From: an uncultured Acetivibrio sp.
GTDB taxonomy: Bacteria; Bacillota; Clostridia; Lachnospirales; Lachnospiraceae
DNA length: 24,000 nt
Assembly (NCBI GenBank): GCA_949841225.1
Contig: CATKYY010000002.1
Span: 25,357-49,356 of the forward strand
Reading direction: 5' to 3'
A program made the position numbers and the translations under genes. The notes beneath the pieces were generated by a model, which was not told the origin of the DNA, made no database searches, and saw only the letters and a list, made by a program, of their open reading frames with translations. Positions within the stretch are counted from its first letter, which is position 1; the number at the start of each line of letters is the position of its first letter. Positions 8,553 to 16,843 of the stretch are shown in pieces.

Positions 8553-9455
8553 TTAATTATAGTGAACCCATTTTTTCTGCGCAATCATCTGGAATACTGT
8601 AATAATCATAATAATCGCTAACAGAAGAACTACGATTGTGGAACCATATCCTTTATTATTCTCTACAAAAGAATTCTGATAGAACAGGTATACCAGAGAC
8701 TGGGTTTTGTAAAGCGCCGGATTGTTCCGGTCCATTACCATAAAAATCAAGTCGAATACCTGAAGGCCGCCAATAACCCTTGTAATTGTAACAAAGAAAA
8801 TCGTTGGTGACAAGAGGGGTATTGTAATATGGAAAAATTGCTTGATTCCAGTAGCTCCGTCAATACTTGCCGCTTCATAATAATCTCCCGGAATCTCCTG
8901 AAGGCCTGAAATAAACAATACCATATTGTAACCAATAATAGACCAGATTCCAATCACTGCAATAGAAAATACAGCGATTTTCGGGTCGGAAACCCACTTA
9001 ATACTTGTTCCAAAAATATGATTCAAAAGACCGAACTCTGCGTTAAATAACCATCTCCATACCATAGCAATCGCCGCTGGAGCTGCAACCATTGGCAGGA
9101 AAAAGATTGTACGGTAAGCAGAACGTCCAAACATCTTGCGGTTTAAAAGAACTGCAAGAACCAGGGAAATCGCAATAGAGAATGGAACCTCTACGATCGC
9201 ATACTTAAAAGTATTGATAACCGCCTGCCAGATTTCCGCATCTTTGAACATAGTTATGTAATTCTGAAAACCAATAAAAACATTGCCTCGACCAAAATCT
9301 CCGGTTTTAAAGAAACTTTCATATATTGTTTTAAAAATTGGATAAATATTCAGAATAATCAAGCCAATCATCGTTGGAAGGATAAACGCCCATCCCCAGA
9401 TAAACTCATTACGTTCCTGGCTTGTTCCTTTTTTTGGTTTTGCCAAAGTTCTCAC
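8553..9455 (-). CDS. Carbohydrate ABC transporter permease (CUT1 family, MsmF/MalF-like)
   Basis: 300 aa with six TM segments and the EAA loop YYEAASIDGATGIKQFFHITIPLL. The start is uncertain. The track start at 9455 is GTG directly abutting AAAGGGAG, and TTG at 9446 has better SD spacing. Confidence 0.88.
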   Translation of the reverse strand: MRTLAKPKKGTSQERNEFIWGWAFILPTMIGLIILNIYPIFKTIYESFFKTGDFGRGNVFIGFQNYITMFKDAEIWQAVINTFKYAIVEVPFSIAISLVLAVLLNRKMFGRSAYRTIFFLPMVAAPAAIAMVWRWLFNAEFGLLNHIFGTSIKWVSDPKIAVFSIAVIGIWSIIGYNMVLFISGLQEIPGDYYEAASIDGATGIKQFFHITIPLLSPTIFFVTITRVIGGLQVFDLIFMVMDRNNPALYKTQSLVYLFYQNSFVENNKGYGSTIVVLLLAIIMIITVFQMIAQKKWVHYN

Positions 9456-9477
9456 TCCCTTTCATTAACCGACCGAT

Positions 9478-10767
9478 TTAGTTTGCCTCCTGTGCAATGG
9501 TATCATTCATCTGCTTTGTAATATTTGCACATGCATCCGCCATACTCTCTTCGTTATTCCATGGTTTCTTAAGCTCTTCTACCATTGGATTCCACCAGGA
9601 TAAGGTAGCGTTGGTATGTGGTCTGAACACGATATTATCCATAGTATCCAGATATGGCTGAAGGTTAAATACATCGGTATTCTTAATCCATGCATCAGAT
9701 ACGCCGTCATAAGCCGCCATTGTTACGCCAAGCTCTGCCTGTTTTGTCTGCATTTCTTTCGTTCCGAACCACTCAATTAACTGGAACGCTTCCTCTGGCA
9801 TAGAGGTAGTAGCAGAAGCCGCCCATCCAAGCCCGTTATATAAAGATACGCTCTGACCTGTTGTTGCATCCTTTGGAAGTCTTGCAACATCGCAGTTCTC
9901 TACCAGATAATCATTTGCCTTAAAGCCTGCTACCATCCAGGAGCCCTGAGAAATCATAGCAACCCTTCCAGACTGGAATAATACGTCGGTACCTGTCTCA
10001 GACATGGTATTTGCATCCGGCATTACATTTTTAATACACTTATCAAGAAATTCCATTGCTTTAATTGTGTTAGGGTCGTCGAATCCAGATGTGTTATCAT
10101 CCTTTAAAATAGTTCCGCCCATAGAATATACAATGTTCATCCATGTATCCTGCTCGTTTGACGGGTTACATGCGAAACCGTACTGGCTTCCGTCTTCCTT
10201 TGTCAGCTTCTGTGCAATCTCATAAAACTCATCCCATGTCCAGCTTCCATCCGGATAAGGAATACCAGCCTCGTCAAACATCGTCTTGTTATACCACATA
10301 GCGATGGTATCCACATCCTTTGGCACAGCGTAAACCTTTCCGTCCCACTCGTACATTTCCTTAATATCCGCCGGGAATTTGTCCATTTCAAGCTTCTCGC
10401 TTGCGCTAATCTTATCTGTTAAGTCTAACAAAATACCATTAGACATATATCTAACAGCTTCGTTAGAATGCATCCAGAATACATCCGGCATGTCTCCGCC
10501 GGAAGCGCCCGCCTCTAAAAGAGTCCAGTACTGATCCCATGTAATAACCTGAAGCTCAGTCTTGATACCCGTTTCAGCTGTAAAATCGTTCATGATTTCC
10601 TGAAGGCCCGCCTGCTGTGAATTATCCCAGATAGCAACTGTCAGTTTACCGCTTCCGCCTGAACCTGAATTTGAGTCGGAGCCGCTCTTGCTGCCGCACG
10701 CTGTGAGCATTGTCGCCATCATTACAAGAACAAGCCCCAATGAGATAAATTTTTTCATATTCTTCAT
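9478..10767 (-). CDS. ABC transporter extracellular sugar-binding lipoprotein (CUT1, MsmE-like)
   Basis: 429 aa. A signal peptide with lipobox MLTAC-GS is followed by a Ser/Gly linker. The solute-binding protein family 1 architecture is present. A strong SD (AAAGGAGGAAAC) precedes the ATG. Confidence 0.9.
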   Translation of the reverse strand: MKNMKKFISLGLVLVMMATMLTACGSKSGSDSNSGSGGSGKLTVAIWDNSQQAGLQEIMNDFTAETGIKTELQVITWDQYWTLLEAGASGGDMPDVFWMHSNEAVRYMSNGILLDLTDKISASEKLEMDKFPADIKEMYEWDGKVYAVPKDVDTIAMWYNKTMFDEAGIPYPDGSWTWDEFYEIAQKLTKEDGSQYGFACNPSNEQDTWMNIVYSMGGTILKDDNTSGFDDPNTIKAMEFLDKCIKNVMPDANTMSETGTDVLFQSGRVAMISQGSWMVAGFKANDYLVENCDVARLPKDATTGQSVSLYNGLGWAASATTSMPEEAFQLIEWFGTKEMQTKQAELGVTMAAYDGVSDAWIKNTDVFNLQPYLDTMDNIVFRPHTNATLSWWNPMVEELKKPWNNEESMADACANITKQMNDTIAQEAN

Positions 10768-10894
10768 AGTTTCCTCCTTTTCGTCATAACGACATGTTTT
10801 TTCTGTGATTATTTTATCGTTTTATACAAATTTCATAAATGGAATAAAAAACTAACTTTATGGTTTTTTGAATATAGAAAAATGATTTTTTTTA

Positions 10895-10923
10895 TGGCAA
10901 AATGTCCTGCCTTGGGTTATAAT
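10895..10923 (+). promoter_or_regulatory. Candidate sigma-A promoter for the AraC-family regulator (TGGCAA-17 nt-TATAAT)
   Basis: TGGCAA at 10895-10900 and TATAAT at 10918-10923, ~35 nt upstream of ATG 10958, which has the SD AGGAGAA. Identified by eye only. Confidence 0.4.
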
Positions 10924-10957
10924 CAAAATATACTATAAAAAGAAGAAGGAGAATCGT

Positions 10958-11887
10958 ATGAACAATATCAAGTACACTGACAGCGCACAGTTTAAATGCT
11001 TGGAACATTTGCGGCAGACTTCTCTTGACTTATACCTGATACACTGTGGCAAAGAACAATGCCCCCCGTCGCATATATGCCCCGGGCGGCGGGACGAATA
11101 TATCATCCACTTTGTACTATCGGGAAAAGGAACCTATCTGGCAAACGGGAGTATATGGGAGGTTAAACCAGGCCAGATGTTCCTTATATATCCCAACGAA
11201 CCAGTAACCTATGCTTCAGATTCTGAGGACCCCTGGAGCTATGCATGGATTGGATTTAACGGCATTCAGGCAGACCGAATCATTAAAAACTGCGGGTTCT
11301 CAAAAAAGCGCTTAGTACAGCAATACAGAAATGCTGATACCATTATACATAATGTTGATAAAATCCTGGAAGCACGACAGCTTTCTTATACAAATGATCT
11401 AAAACGAAAATCTTATTTGTTTATGCTACTTTCTGAACTGGTAGACAGCTACCTGGCCCTTGAACCAAAAAAAGCTATTGGCAAATATGATTACCGCAGC
11501 AATGTATATGTAGAGCATGCCATCGAATATATTAGATTTTCATATCAGGAAGGCATTAATGTATCTGACATTTCTGATTACATCGGTATCAGCAGAACCT
11601 ATTTAAACCATACCTTTCAAAAAGAACTTGGCATCTCTGTTCAAAAATTTTTAATAGATTTTCGCCTTCACAAAGCTGCAAATATGCTGACCAGTTCAGA
11701 TAAAACAGTAAATGAAGTCGCAAAATCTGTCGGATATGAAGACCCTCTTGCTTTTTCAAAAGCATTCAAGAAAAAATTCGAAATAAGCCCAAAACACTAC
11801 CGGGCCCATCAAGATAAAATGGAGAAATTCTCCGAAAAACAAATCGATCCAGTTCCACCTAGTATTCATATTGAAGCCATAAAATAA
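10958..11887 (+). CDS. AraC-family transcriptional regulator (cupin sugar-sensing domain plus two HTH motifs), MsmR/RafR-like
   Basis: The N-terminal cupin-like block is YIIHFVLSGKGTY...GQMFLIYPNEP. The C-terminal AraC HTH pair is ISDYIGISRTYLNHTFQKELG and VNEVAKSVGYEDPLAFSKAFKKKF. It is divergent from the sugar ABC operon. Confidence 0.88.
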   Translation: MNNIKYTDSAQFKCLEHLRQTSLDLYLIHCGKEQCPPSHICPGRRDEYIIHFVLSGKGTYLANGSIWEVKPGQMFLIYPNEPVTYASDSEDPWSYAWIGFNGIQADRIIKNCGFSKKRLVQQYRNADTIIHNVDKILEARQLSYTNDLKRKSYLFMLLSELVDSYLALEPKKAIGKYDYRSNVYVEHAIEYIRFSYQEGINVSDISDYIGISRTYLNHTFQKELGISVQKFLIDFRLHKAANMLTSSDKTVNEVAKSVGYEDPLAFSKAFKKKFEISPKHYRAHQDKMEKFSEKQIDPVPPSIHIEAIK

Positions 11888-11927
11888 GAACTCAGGGAGC
11901 TGCAGCTTCATGCCACAACTCCCTGAG
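11881..11927 (-). terminator. Rho-independent terminator closing the long minus-strand operon; also sits after the convergent AraC gene
   Basis: CTCAGGGAG (11891-11899) pairs with CTCCCTGAG (11919-11927), a 9-bp GC-rich stem. On the minus-strand RNA the stem is followed by UUCUUAUUUU (complement of 11881-11890). On the plus strand no U-tract follows. Confidence 0.6.
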
Positions 11928-11941
11928 CCCGATAACCTTAG

Positions 11942-12820
11942 CTATTCTATTGGTTTAAGATAAAAGCCTCCATAAAAATCTTCCGACTTAAAGGTATTGA
12001 TAATCGCATGGGGATCAACGTCCCTCATAAGCTTTGCAATATCCTGAATTTCATAACTGGACACTACCGTATGCAAAAGGCTTACGCTCTTTCCGCTGTA
12101 CCCTCCAATTCCATCCACTCTGGAAATACCATGCCGGTATTCTGCCACATACGCCTTGATAATATCGTCCGCTTTGCTTGTCGTCACCTGCATTGTCATA
12201 CGCTCATACCTGTGATAGAAGGAATCTATGGTTTTTGTAGAAATAAACTGGAATAAAATAGAATATCCCGCATACTCCCAGCCAAACATAAATCCGAAAA
12301 TAGTAATCAACGTCGCATTAAATACAAATACATAACTCCAAATGGATTTTCCCAGCTTATTGGAAATAAACAAAGCGACAAAGTCTACGCCTCCTGTGGA
12401 TGCATTTCCCTTCAGGGCGATTACCGTCATGATTCCGTAAGAAAAGCCTCCAAAAATAACATTCAGCAAAACATCGTCAAATAAAGGCTCAAAGCTTAAT
12501 ACCTTTAAAAAGAAGCTGGCAAAAAATACCTGGAGCAGAGAGAAAAATGTAAATCTTTTACTAATGCTCTTACTGCATAATATAGCTACTGGAATATTCA
12601 AAACCAACATTCCCAGAGAGGTAGAAAAAGAAAAACCAAAAAAGGTGGAAGTAATCTTTTCTATCAAAATAGCTACCCCTGTGAACCCGCTAGAAAGCAA
12701 ATTAATCGGGTTCATAAAAATTTTCATAATGGCCGCCTGTAAAAAGCCCGCCAATAAAACGCTCAGGAACGTATATAAATACCTTAATTTTTCATTATTT
12801 CTTATTATATGAATGTTCAT
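11942..12820 (-). CDS. YitT-family membrane protein with a C-terminal DUF2179-like domain
   Basis: 292 aa. There are ~5-6 TM segments including STGGVDFVALFISNK. The soluble C-terminal domain is ISRVDGIGGYSGKSVSLLHTVVSSYEIQDIAKLMRDVDPHAIINTF. The start ATG overlaps the CutC stop (ATGA at 12817-12820). Confidence 0.7.
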   Translation of the reverse strand: MNIHIIRNNEKLRYLYTFLSVLLAGFLQAAIMKIFMNPINLLSSGFTGVAILIEKITSTFFGFSFSTSLGMLVLNIPVAILCSKSISKRFTFFSLLQVFFASFFLKVLSFEPLFDDVLLNVIFGGFSYGIMTVIALKGNASTGGVDFVALFISNKLGKSIWSYVFVFNATLITIFGFMFGWEYAGYSILFQFISTKTIDSFYHRYERMTMQVTTSKADDIIKAYVAEYRHGISRVDGIGGYSGKSVSLLHTVVSSYEIQDIAKLMRDVDPHAIINTFKSEDFYGGFYLKPIE

Positions 12821-13557
12821 ATCCTTGCAACCAGCTTCTTAACTAAATTTTCATCGACCACATCGTAATCATTTTCATGAGGCTCCGCCGCATAAGCATA
12901 GGATACCTCCGGGCCTGTCGTGGTAGGATCGCACAGCCAGCCCTTACAGGAGCTGTGAACCTGTGAGATTCCCGTCTTTTCCATCATTTCCTTTGCATTA
13001 TCTGCATTCATGCCGCTGCCTGCCAACAGCTCAATGCGGTCCCCGTATTTCTTCTGTAAATCGGCAATCAGCTCCATTCCGTCCATGGCCTTGGCCTTCT
13101 GACCGCTGGTCAGCACGCGGGTAACTCCCATTTCTATTAGCTTTTCCATTGTCTGATATGGGTCCTGCACACAATCAAAAGCACGATGGAAAACAGCCTC
13201 GCCTTTATACTCTTTAATAATATCAATAATTTCCTGGGTTTGGGACTCATCCACATTACCCTCTTTGTCAAGACATCCAAAAGCAAGACCGTCCGCCCCA
13301 TTTTCCATTAGCAGCCTGGCATCCGCTTTCATAACCTCAAATTCAGCGGCGCTATAGCAGAATCCAGCTCCTCTTGGCCTTACCATGGCAATGACCCTCA
13401 GCTCTGTATTTTTCTTTGTTAAAAGCAAAGTTCCCAGAGATGGAGTCAGGCCTCCCAGATGTAACGCGCTGTTTAATTCAATACGGCCTGCTCCTCCATG
13501 GTACGCCGCCAGTGCATCCTCATAGCTTCCGCAGCATATTTCTATTACTTTTTCCAT
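12817..13557 (-). CDS. cutC: CutC-family TIM-barrel protein (annotated copper homeostasis protein; true function unclear)
   Basis: [42 protein letters not shown] matches the remembered E. coli CutC N-terminus ([38 protein letters not shown]). I chose the start at ATG 13557 over 13569 because it puts the gene in the same register relative to the conserved leader element as copies B-D. Confidence 0.85.
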   Translation of the reverse strand: [246 protein letters not shown]

Positions 13558-13599
13558 ATTAATCCCCATTTCCGCACTGCCTTTTATGCATAGCAGTCT
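13558..13599 (-). repeat. Conserved pre-start leader element, copy A (upstream of cutC)
   Basis: Sense strand: AGACTGCTATGCATAAAAGGCAGTGCGGAAATGGGGATTAAT|ATG. ACTGC can pair with GCAGT to form a short hairpin ending just 5' of the GGAAATGGGG SD region. Confidence 0.55.
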
Positions 13600-13611
13600 T
13601 ATATAAAGCGC

Positions 13612-14703
13612 TTATCGAATCATTAAAGTAAAGCTGTTGCTTGGCTTAATACAATCTAAAATCAACTGCTCGCCTGTATTGATATGCCCTACATAGTTAT
13701 ATTCATCGCTTGCTTTAATCTCATCTAAAACAACCATCAGCTCGCCTGCATAATGCTTCAAATTATCATTTACAATAATTACGTCTCCCTTTGTGAAAAC
13801 ATCCTTGACATTTTCACGAGGAGCGATGGTCTCTCCCTTATATTTTATCCTTGGGAAGCTGGACCTTACTACCAACTCATTACAGTCGTCCCTGGAAGCA
13901 TGCATATCGCAGATAATAATTTCCTTTTCAATATCAGAAACTCCCTCTGCCAAATCAACCTTCATGGAGATTTTATTCAGGTTTACCTCCGCCATAGCCT
14001 TTAACTCTTCTTCGCTTGCAAAAGCGTTTCCAACCATAAAGTCGTTGCAGAAGCCCAAAGCGTTCAAATGCCTTACCTGCACATCAATTGGAAGATCTCT
14101 GTGAATTTCCAGCGTTGGCAATCCGTCATAGACCTCCCACGGACCATGGGTATGTTCTTCCTGGCTTGTTACAAAAGCCGCGTTATTGAGGCCTAAAGGC
14201 TGGTATTTGCTGTTTAATTCTTTAAAACGAGCAAGACCCATGCCTGTATTCCTCTGTGGATAGAAATTGCTGCAAATGCACATATTCGTCCGATTGGCGC
14301 CCTTTTCTAACATCATAGCCAGCGCCATATTACCGGATGCATTGTACTCAATCAAAATATTATGCGGATTCTTGGTAATCTCAATATCCTCTAATTCTCC
14401 AAAGTGGCCGTCCAAACGAATCACGTCTACGCCCATCTGAGCGAAAACAGACAAATCCCTTGGAGTTGCCCCAAGCCTTTCAAAAACCTCCGGGTTCGTA
14501 TCTACAGATACCATCAAGCCGCTCTCATGAGCAACGTTGCAAAACTCTGTAAACTCCTCTACAATCTTTTCCTTACTTTCCTTCACGGATAATAAACAGG
14601 TAAATACTCTTTTGAAACCATACTTTCCAGCCAACCTCATATAGTTATAGCATTCTTCCTTTGAAGCATGCTCTGGATAAACAGAAATTCCAAGTCTTTT
14701 CAA
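13612..14703 (-). CDS. DUF871/MupG-family protein (putative 6-phospho-beta-glycosidase; family prototype is 6-phospho-N-acetylmuramidase)
   Basis: 363 aa. The N-terminus MKRLGISVYPEH...YGFKRVFTCLL...GLMVSVDTNPEVFERLG...GVDVIRLDGHFG follows the remembered S. aureus MupG pattern (LGFSVY...GF..IFTSL...VDIS...GLRMDYG). The start is TTG 14703, with GGAGG 7 nt upstream overlapping the stop of the preceding gene. Confidence 0.7.
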   Translation of the reverse strand: MKRLGISVYPEHASKEECYNYMRLAGKYGFKRVFTCLLSVKESKEKIVEEFTEFCNVAHESGLMVSVDTNPEVFERLGATPRDLSVFAQMGVDVIRLDGHFGELEDIEITKNPHNILIEYNASGNMALAMMLEKGANRTNMCICSNFYPQRNTGMGLARFKELNSKYQPLGLNNAAFVTSQEEHTHGPWEVYDGLPTLEIHRDLPIDVQVRHLNALGFCNDFMVGNAFASEEELKAMAEVNLNKISMKVDLAEGVSDIEKEIIICDMHASRDDCNELVVRSSFPRIKYKGETIAPRENVKDVFTKGDVIIVNDNLKHYAGELMVVLDEIKASDEYNYVGHINTGEQLILDCIKPSNSFTLMIR

Positions 14704-14714
14704 AATAATTCCTC

Positions 14715-15830
14715 CTATAAACCTTTTAGCATTTCATACAATGCATAGGCATAAATCTGTGCATTTTTTTCAATGTCGCAAATCCGCATCCACTCGTTCG
14801 GCAGATGCCCGATTCCTTTTTGTCCCTTAAAACTCGGTCCAAAAGGAACAATGTTTTTAACTACCTTAGCATAGGTGCCGCCGGTCGTTGTAACCGCGCT
14901 GCCGTCCTCGCCCATAATTTCTTCATAGGCCTTTTCCAGGGTCTTAATCAAATAAGTATCCTTCTCAAAAAATACCGGATTAATATTAGAATCCAAGGTA
15001 AGCGTCATATGCTCGCTGCAAAGCTTTCCAAGCTTTTCTTCCATGGTTTCCAGCTTATAAGAAGCCGGATAGCTGGAAACCAGCGTTAAACCGCAGGTCT
15101 CTTCATCCTGGAACAGCTCTACCTTCCTTACCTGGTTCTTTCCAAATTCCTCGTCTGAATAATCAACCCCAAGACTGACGGACAAATCGCTCTGGTTCAA
15201 AATATACTGGTTCATAAAGGAAACCAGTTCGTCCAGATTATCCTTTGGAAGGCTGTATTTATATACTGCCCGTCCTCTCTCGGCATAAATAACCGGATAT
15301 TTGCAGTCCGGCGTCCAGCCCATAAGCGGATATTTATGGTCCTTAAAGTACCATTTCATATCCTCCATCCCGGTTTCTTCATTTGTTCCAAAAATAATCT
15401 TAACCTTTAAAGGAAATTCATAGCCAAGATCTGCCAACGCCTTCATTGCATATAAGCAGCAAAACATTGGTCCTTTATTATCCAGTACTCCCCTTGCATA
15501 CAGAGTTCCATCGATCTCTGTACATACAAAAGGGTCCGTCTTCCAGGCGCCGTTAATATCTACAACATCTAAATGCCCAACACAGGCAATATAATCCTCC
15601 GTATCTGGTCCATAAGAAGCAATACCAATCTGATTTCCTACATTTTCTGTTTCAAATCCCAGCCTCTCTGCAATTTCCAGGGCTTTATTCAGGCAGTCGG
15701 TAACTCTTTTTCCGAAAGGATGCTCTGGCGTAGCCGTATCCTGACGAGAATCCATGTTACACACTGTTTTAATATCCTCTACTAAAGCCGGAAGCAATTC
15801 GCTGACATGATTAATAATCTTTTCTTTCAT
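14715..15830 (-). CDS. M20-family metallopeptidase (PepV/dipeptidase-like catalytic blocks)
   Basis: 371 aa with intact M20 ligand blocks: CVGHLDVVD, YARGVLDNKGP, FGTNEETG, WTPDCKYPVIYAERG, GIGHLPNE. No signal peptide. Confidence 0.8.
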   Translation of the reverse strand: MKEKIINHVSELLPALVEDIKTVCNMDSRQDTATPEHPFGKRVTDCLNKALEIAERLGFETENVGNQIGIASYGPDTEDYIACVGHLDVVDINGAWKTDPFVCTEIDGTLYARGVLDNKGPMFCCLYAMKALADLGYEFPLKVKIIFGTNEETGMEDMKWYFKDHKYPLMGWTPDCKYPVIYAERGRAVYKYSLPKDNLDELVSFMNQYILNQSDLSVSLGVDYSDEEFGKNQVRKVELFQDEETCGLTLVSSYPASYKLETMEEKLGKLCSEHMTLTLDSNINPVFFEKDTYLIKTLEKAYEEIMGEDGSAVTTTGGTYAKVVKNIVPFGPSFKGQKGIGHLPNEWMRICDIEKNAQIYAYALYEMLKGL

Positions 15831-15873
15831 AATTTACCCTATTTCTGCACTGCTATTTGTGCATTACAAGTTT
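15831..15873 (-). repeat. Conserved pre-start leader element, copy B (upstream of the M20 peptidase)
   Basis: Sense strand: AAACTTGTAATGCACAAATAGCAGTGCAGAAATAGGGTAAATT|ATG. It is identical to copy C at 34 of 43 positions by hand alignment. TGCAC can pair with GTGCA. Confidence 0.6.
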
Positions 15874-15878
15874 ACTTG

Positions 15879-16832
15879 TTATTCCTCAACTGGCGCCATA
15901 CGCACGCGCATATACTCTTCCAGCCATTCCTGGCTTGCTACCTCAAAGGTGCAATGGCCATCTTCCTGCCTAGTTACAAGATAGACGGTAGGCTCCAGCT
16001 CTTCTGTAGCGACACTAAAGGAAAAGCCTGCAATATTTGTAGCGCAGCCAAACTCTCCCTTATTATTCATTGCAACAACAGAAAGGTCTCCGGCTGCTCC
16101 TCTTTTTTCCTTCAGCTTCTTATCCAGGTCGTTTACTGCTTTTTCACAAGCCTCTTGCGGCGTCAGGCCTTCCTTCATTAAACGAACAATTTCATAAGAA
16201 ATACAGCCCTTCATTAAATCCTCTCCTAAACCGGTAGCTGTAGCGCCGCCGACTTCAGAATCTGCGTAAAATCCAGAACCAACAATTGGAGAATCTCCAA
16301 CACGGCCGCTTCTCTTCATAAATAAACCGCTTGTGCTGGTAGCCGCCGTCACTGTCCCGGAATTGTCCAGGCAAACCATACCTACCGTATCATGTCCGTC
16401 ATAAGGCTTTAATTCCTGGCTAAGTTCTTTTTTCTTTTTCCTGTAAAATGCTTTTGCCCGGTCAGTAAGCATTTCTTTTTCTTCAAATTTAAACTCATGG
16501 GCATATTTTTCTGCTCCAGCTCCTACCAGAACATTATTTACCTTTTCCTCGCTAAGCTTCTTTGCAATACTGATTGGATTTGCAAAATCCTTGATGGCTC
16601 CAATCGCGCCTACGCTCATTGTGTCCCCATCCATATAGCCTGCGTCCAGCTCAACCACCTGTTCTTCGTTTGGCAATCCGCCGTAGCCTACAGACTTATA
16701 ATATGGGAAATCCTCTACCGCGCGAATTGCGGCCTCAATCGCCTTACCTGATGTTTCTCCGTCCTTTAATAACCCTTCTGCAAGCTCAATTCCTTCTTTT
16801 GCCATTCTCCATGTGGCTATAATCCCATGCAT
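15879..16832 (-). CDS. Ntn-hydrolase of the asparaginase_2 family, glycosylasparaginase (aspartylglucosaminidase) type; cytoplasmic
   Basis: 317 aa. The autoprocessing and nucleophile block DGHDTVGMVCLD resembles human AGA RGHDTIGMVVI. GRVGDSPIVGSGFYAD resembles AGA GRVGDSPIPGAGAYAD. The N-terminus IIATWRMAKEG resembles AGA VVNTWPF, whereas isoaspartyl peptidases start with IHGGAG. SVGYGGLPNE...ELDAGYMDG is also present. The protein starts directly at the conserved core with no signal peptide. Confidence 0.75.
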   Translation of the reverse strand: MHGIIATWRMAKEGIELAEGLLKDGETSGKAIEAAIRAVEDFPYYKSVGYGGLPNEEQVVELDAGYMDGDTMSVGAIGAIKDFANPISIAKKLSEEKVNNVLVGAGAEKYAHEFKFEEKEMLTDRAKAFYRKKKKELSQELKPYDGHDTVGMVCLDNSGTVTAATSTSGLFMKRSGRVGDSPIVGSGFYADSEVGGATATGLGEDLMKGCISYEIVRLMKEGLTPQEACEKAVNDLDKKLKEKRGAAGDLSVVAMNNKGEFGCATNIAGFSFSVATEELEPTVYLVTRQEDGHCTFEVASQEWLEEYMRVRMAPVEE

Positions 16833-16843
16833 AAACCTTCCTC

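Noticed and set aside
7918-8556. 212-aa plus-strand ORF, plus other antisense ORFs in the track (e.g. 622-936, 734-1123, 5218-5529, 5984-6310, 13793-14104, 15807-16181, 17478-17890, 19731-20033).
   Set aside because: Each lies wholly antisense to a minus-strand gene that has strong family-specific motifs. Their translations are low-complexity and rich in Ile, Phe, Ser and Arg, as expected from the reverse frame of AT-rich coding sequence. None has a recognisable SD or motif.
10768-10957. Repeated TTTATGG (10857-10863, 10891-10897) and ATAAATGG (10836-10843) motifs in the divergent msm promoter region as AraC-regulator half-sites; also a search for a CcpA cre box.
   Set aside because: The motifs are 7-8 nt long in a very AT-rich region, so they cannot be told apart from chance by eye. 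No sequence in this region or in 22085-22191 fits TGNAANCGNWNNCA.
14715-15830. The M20 peptidase looked about 100 aa shorter than PepV, which suggested a truncated lid domain.
   Set aside because: About 370 aa is a normal length for many M20 enzymes (ArgE/DapE-like architecture), and all catalytic blocks are intact. There is no evidence of truncation.
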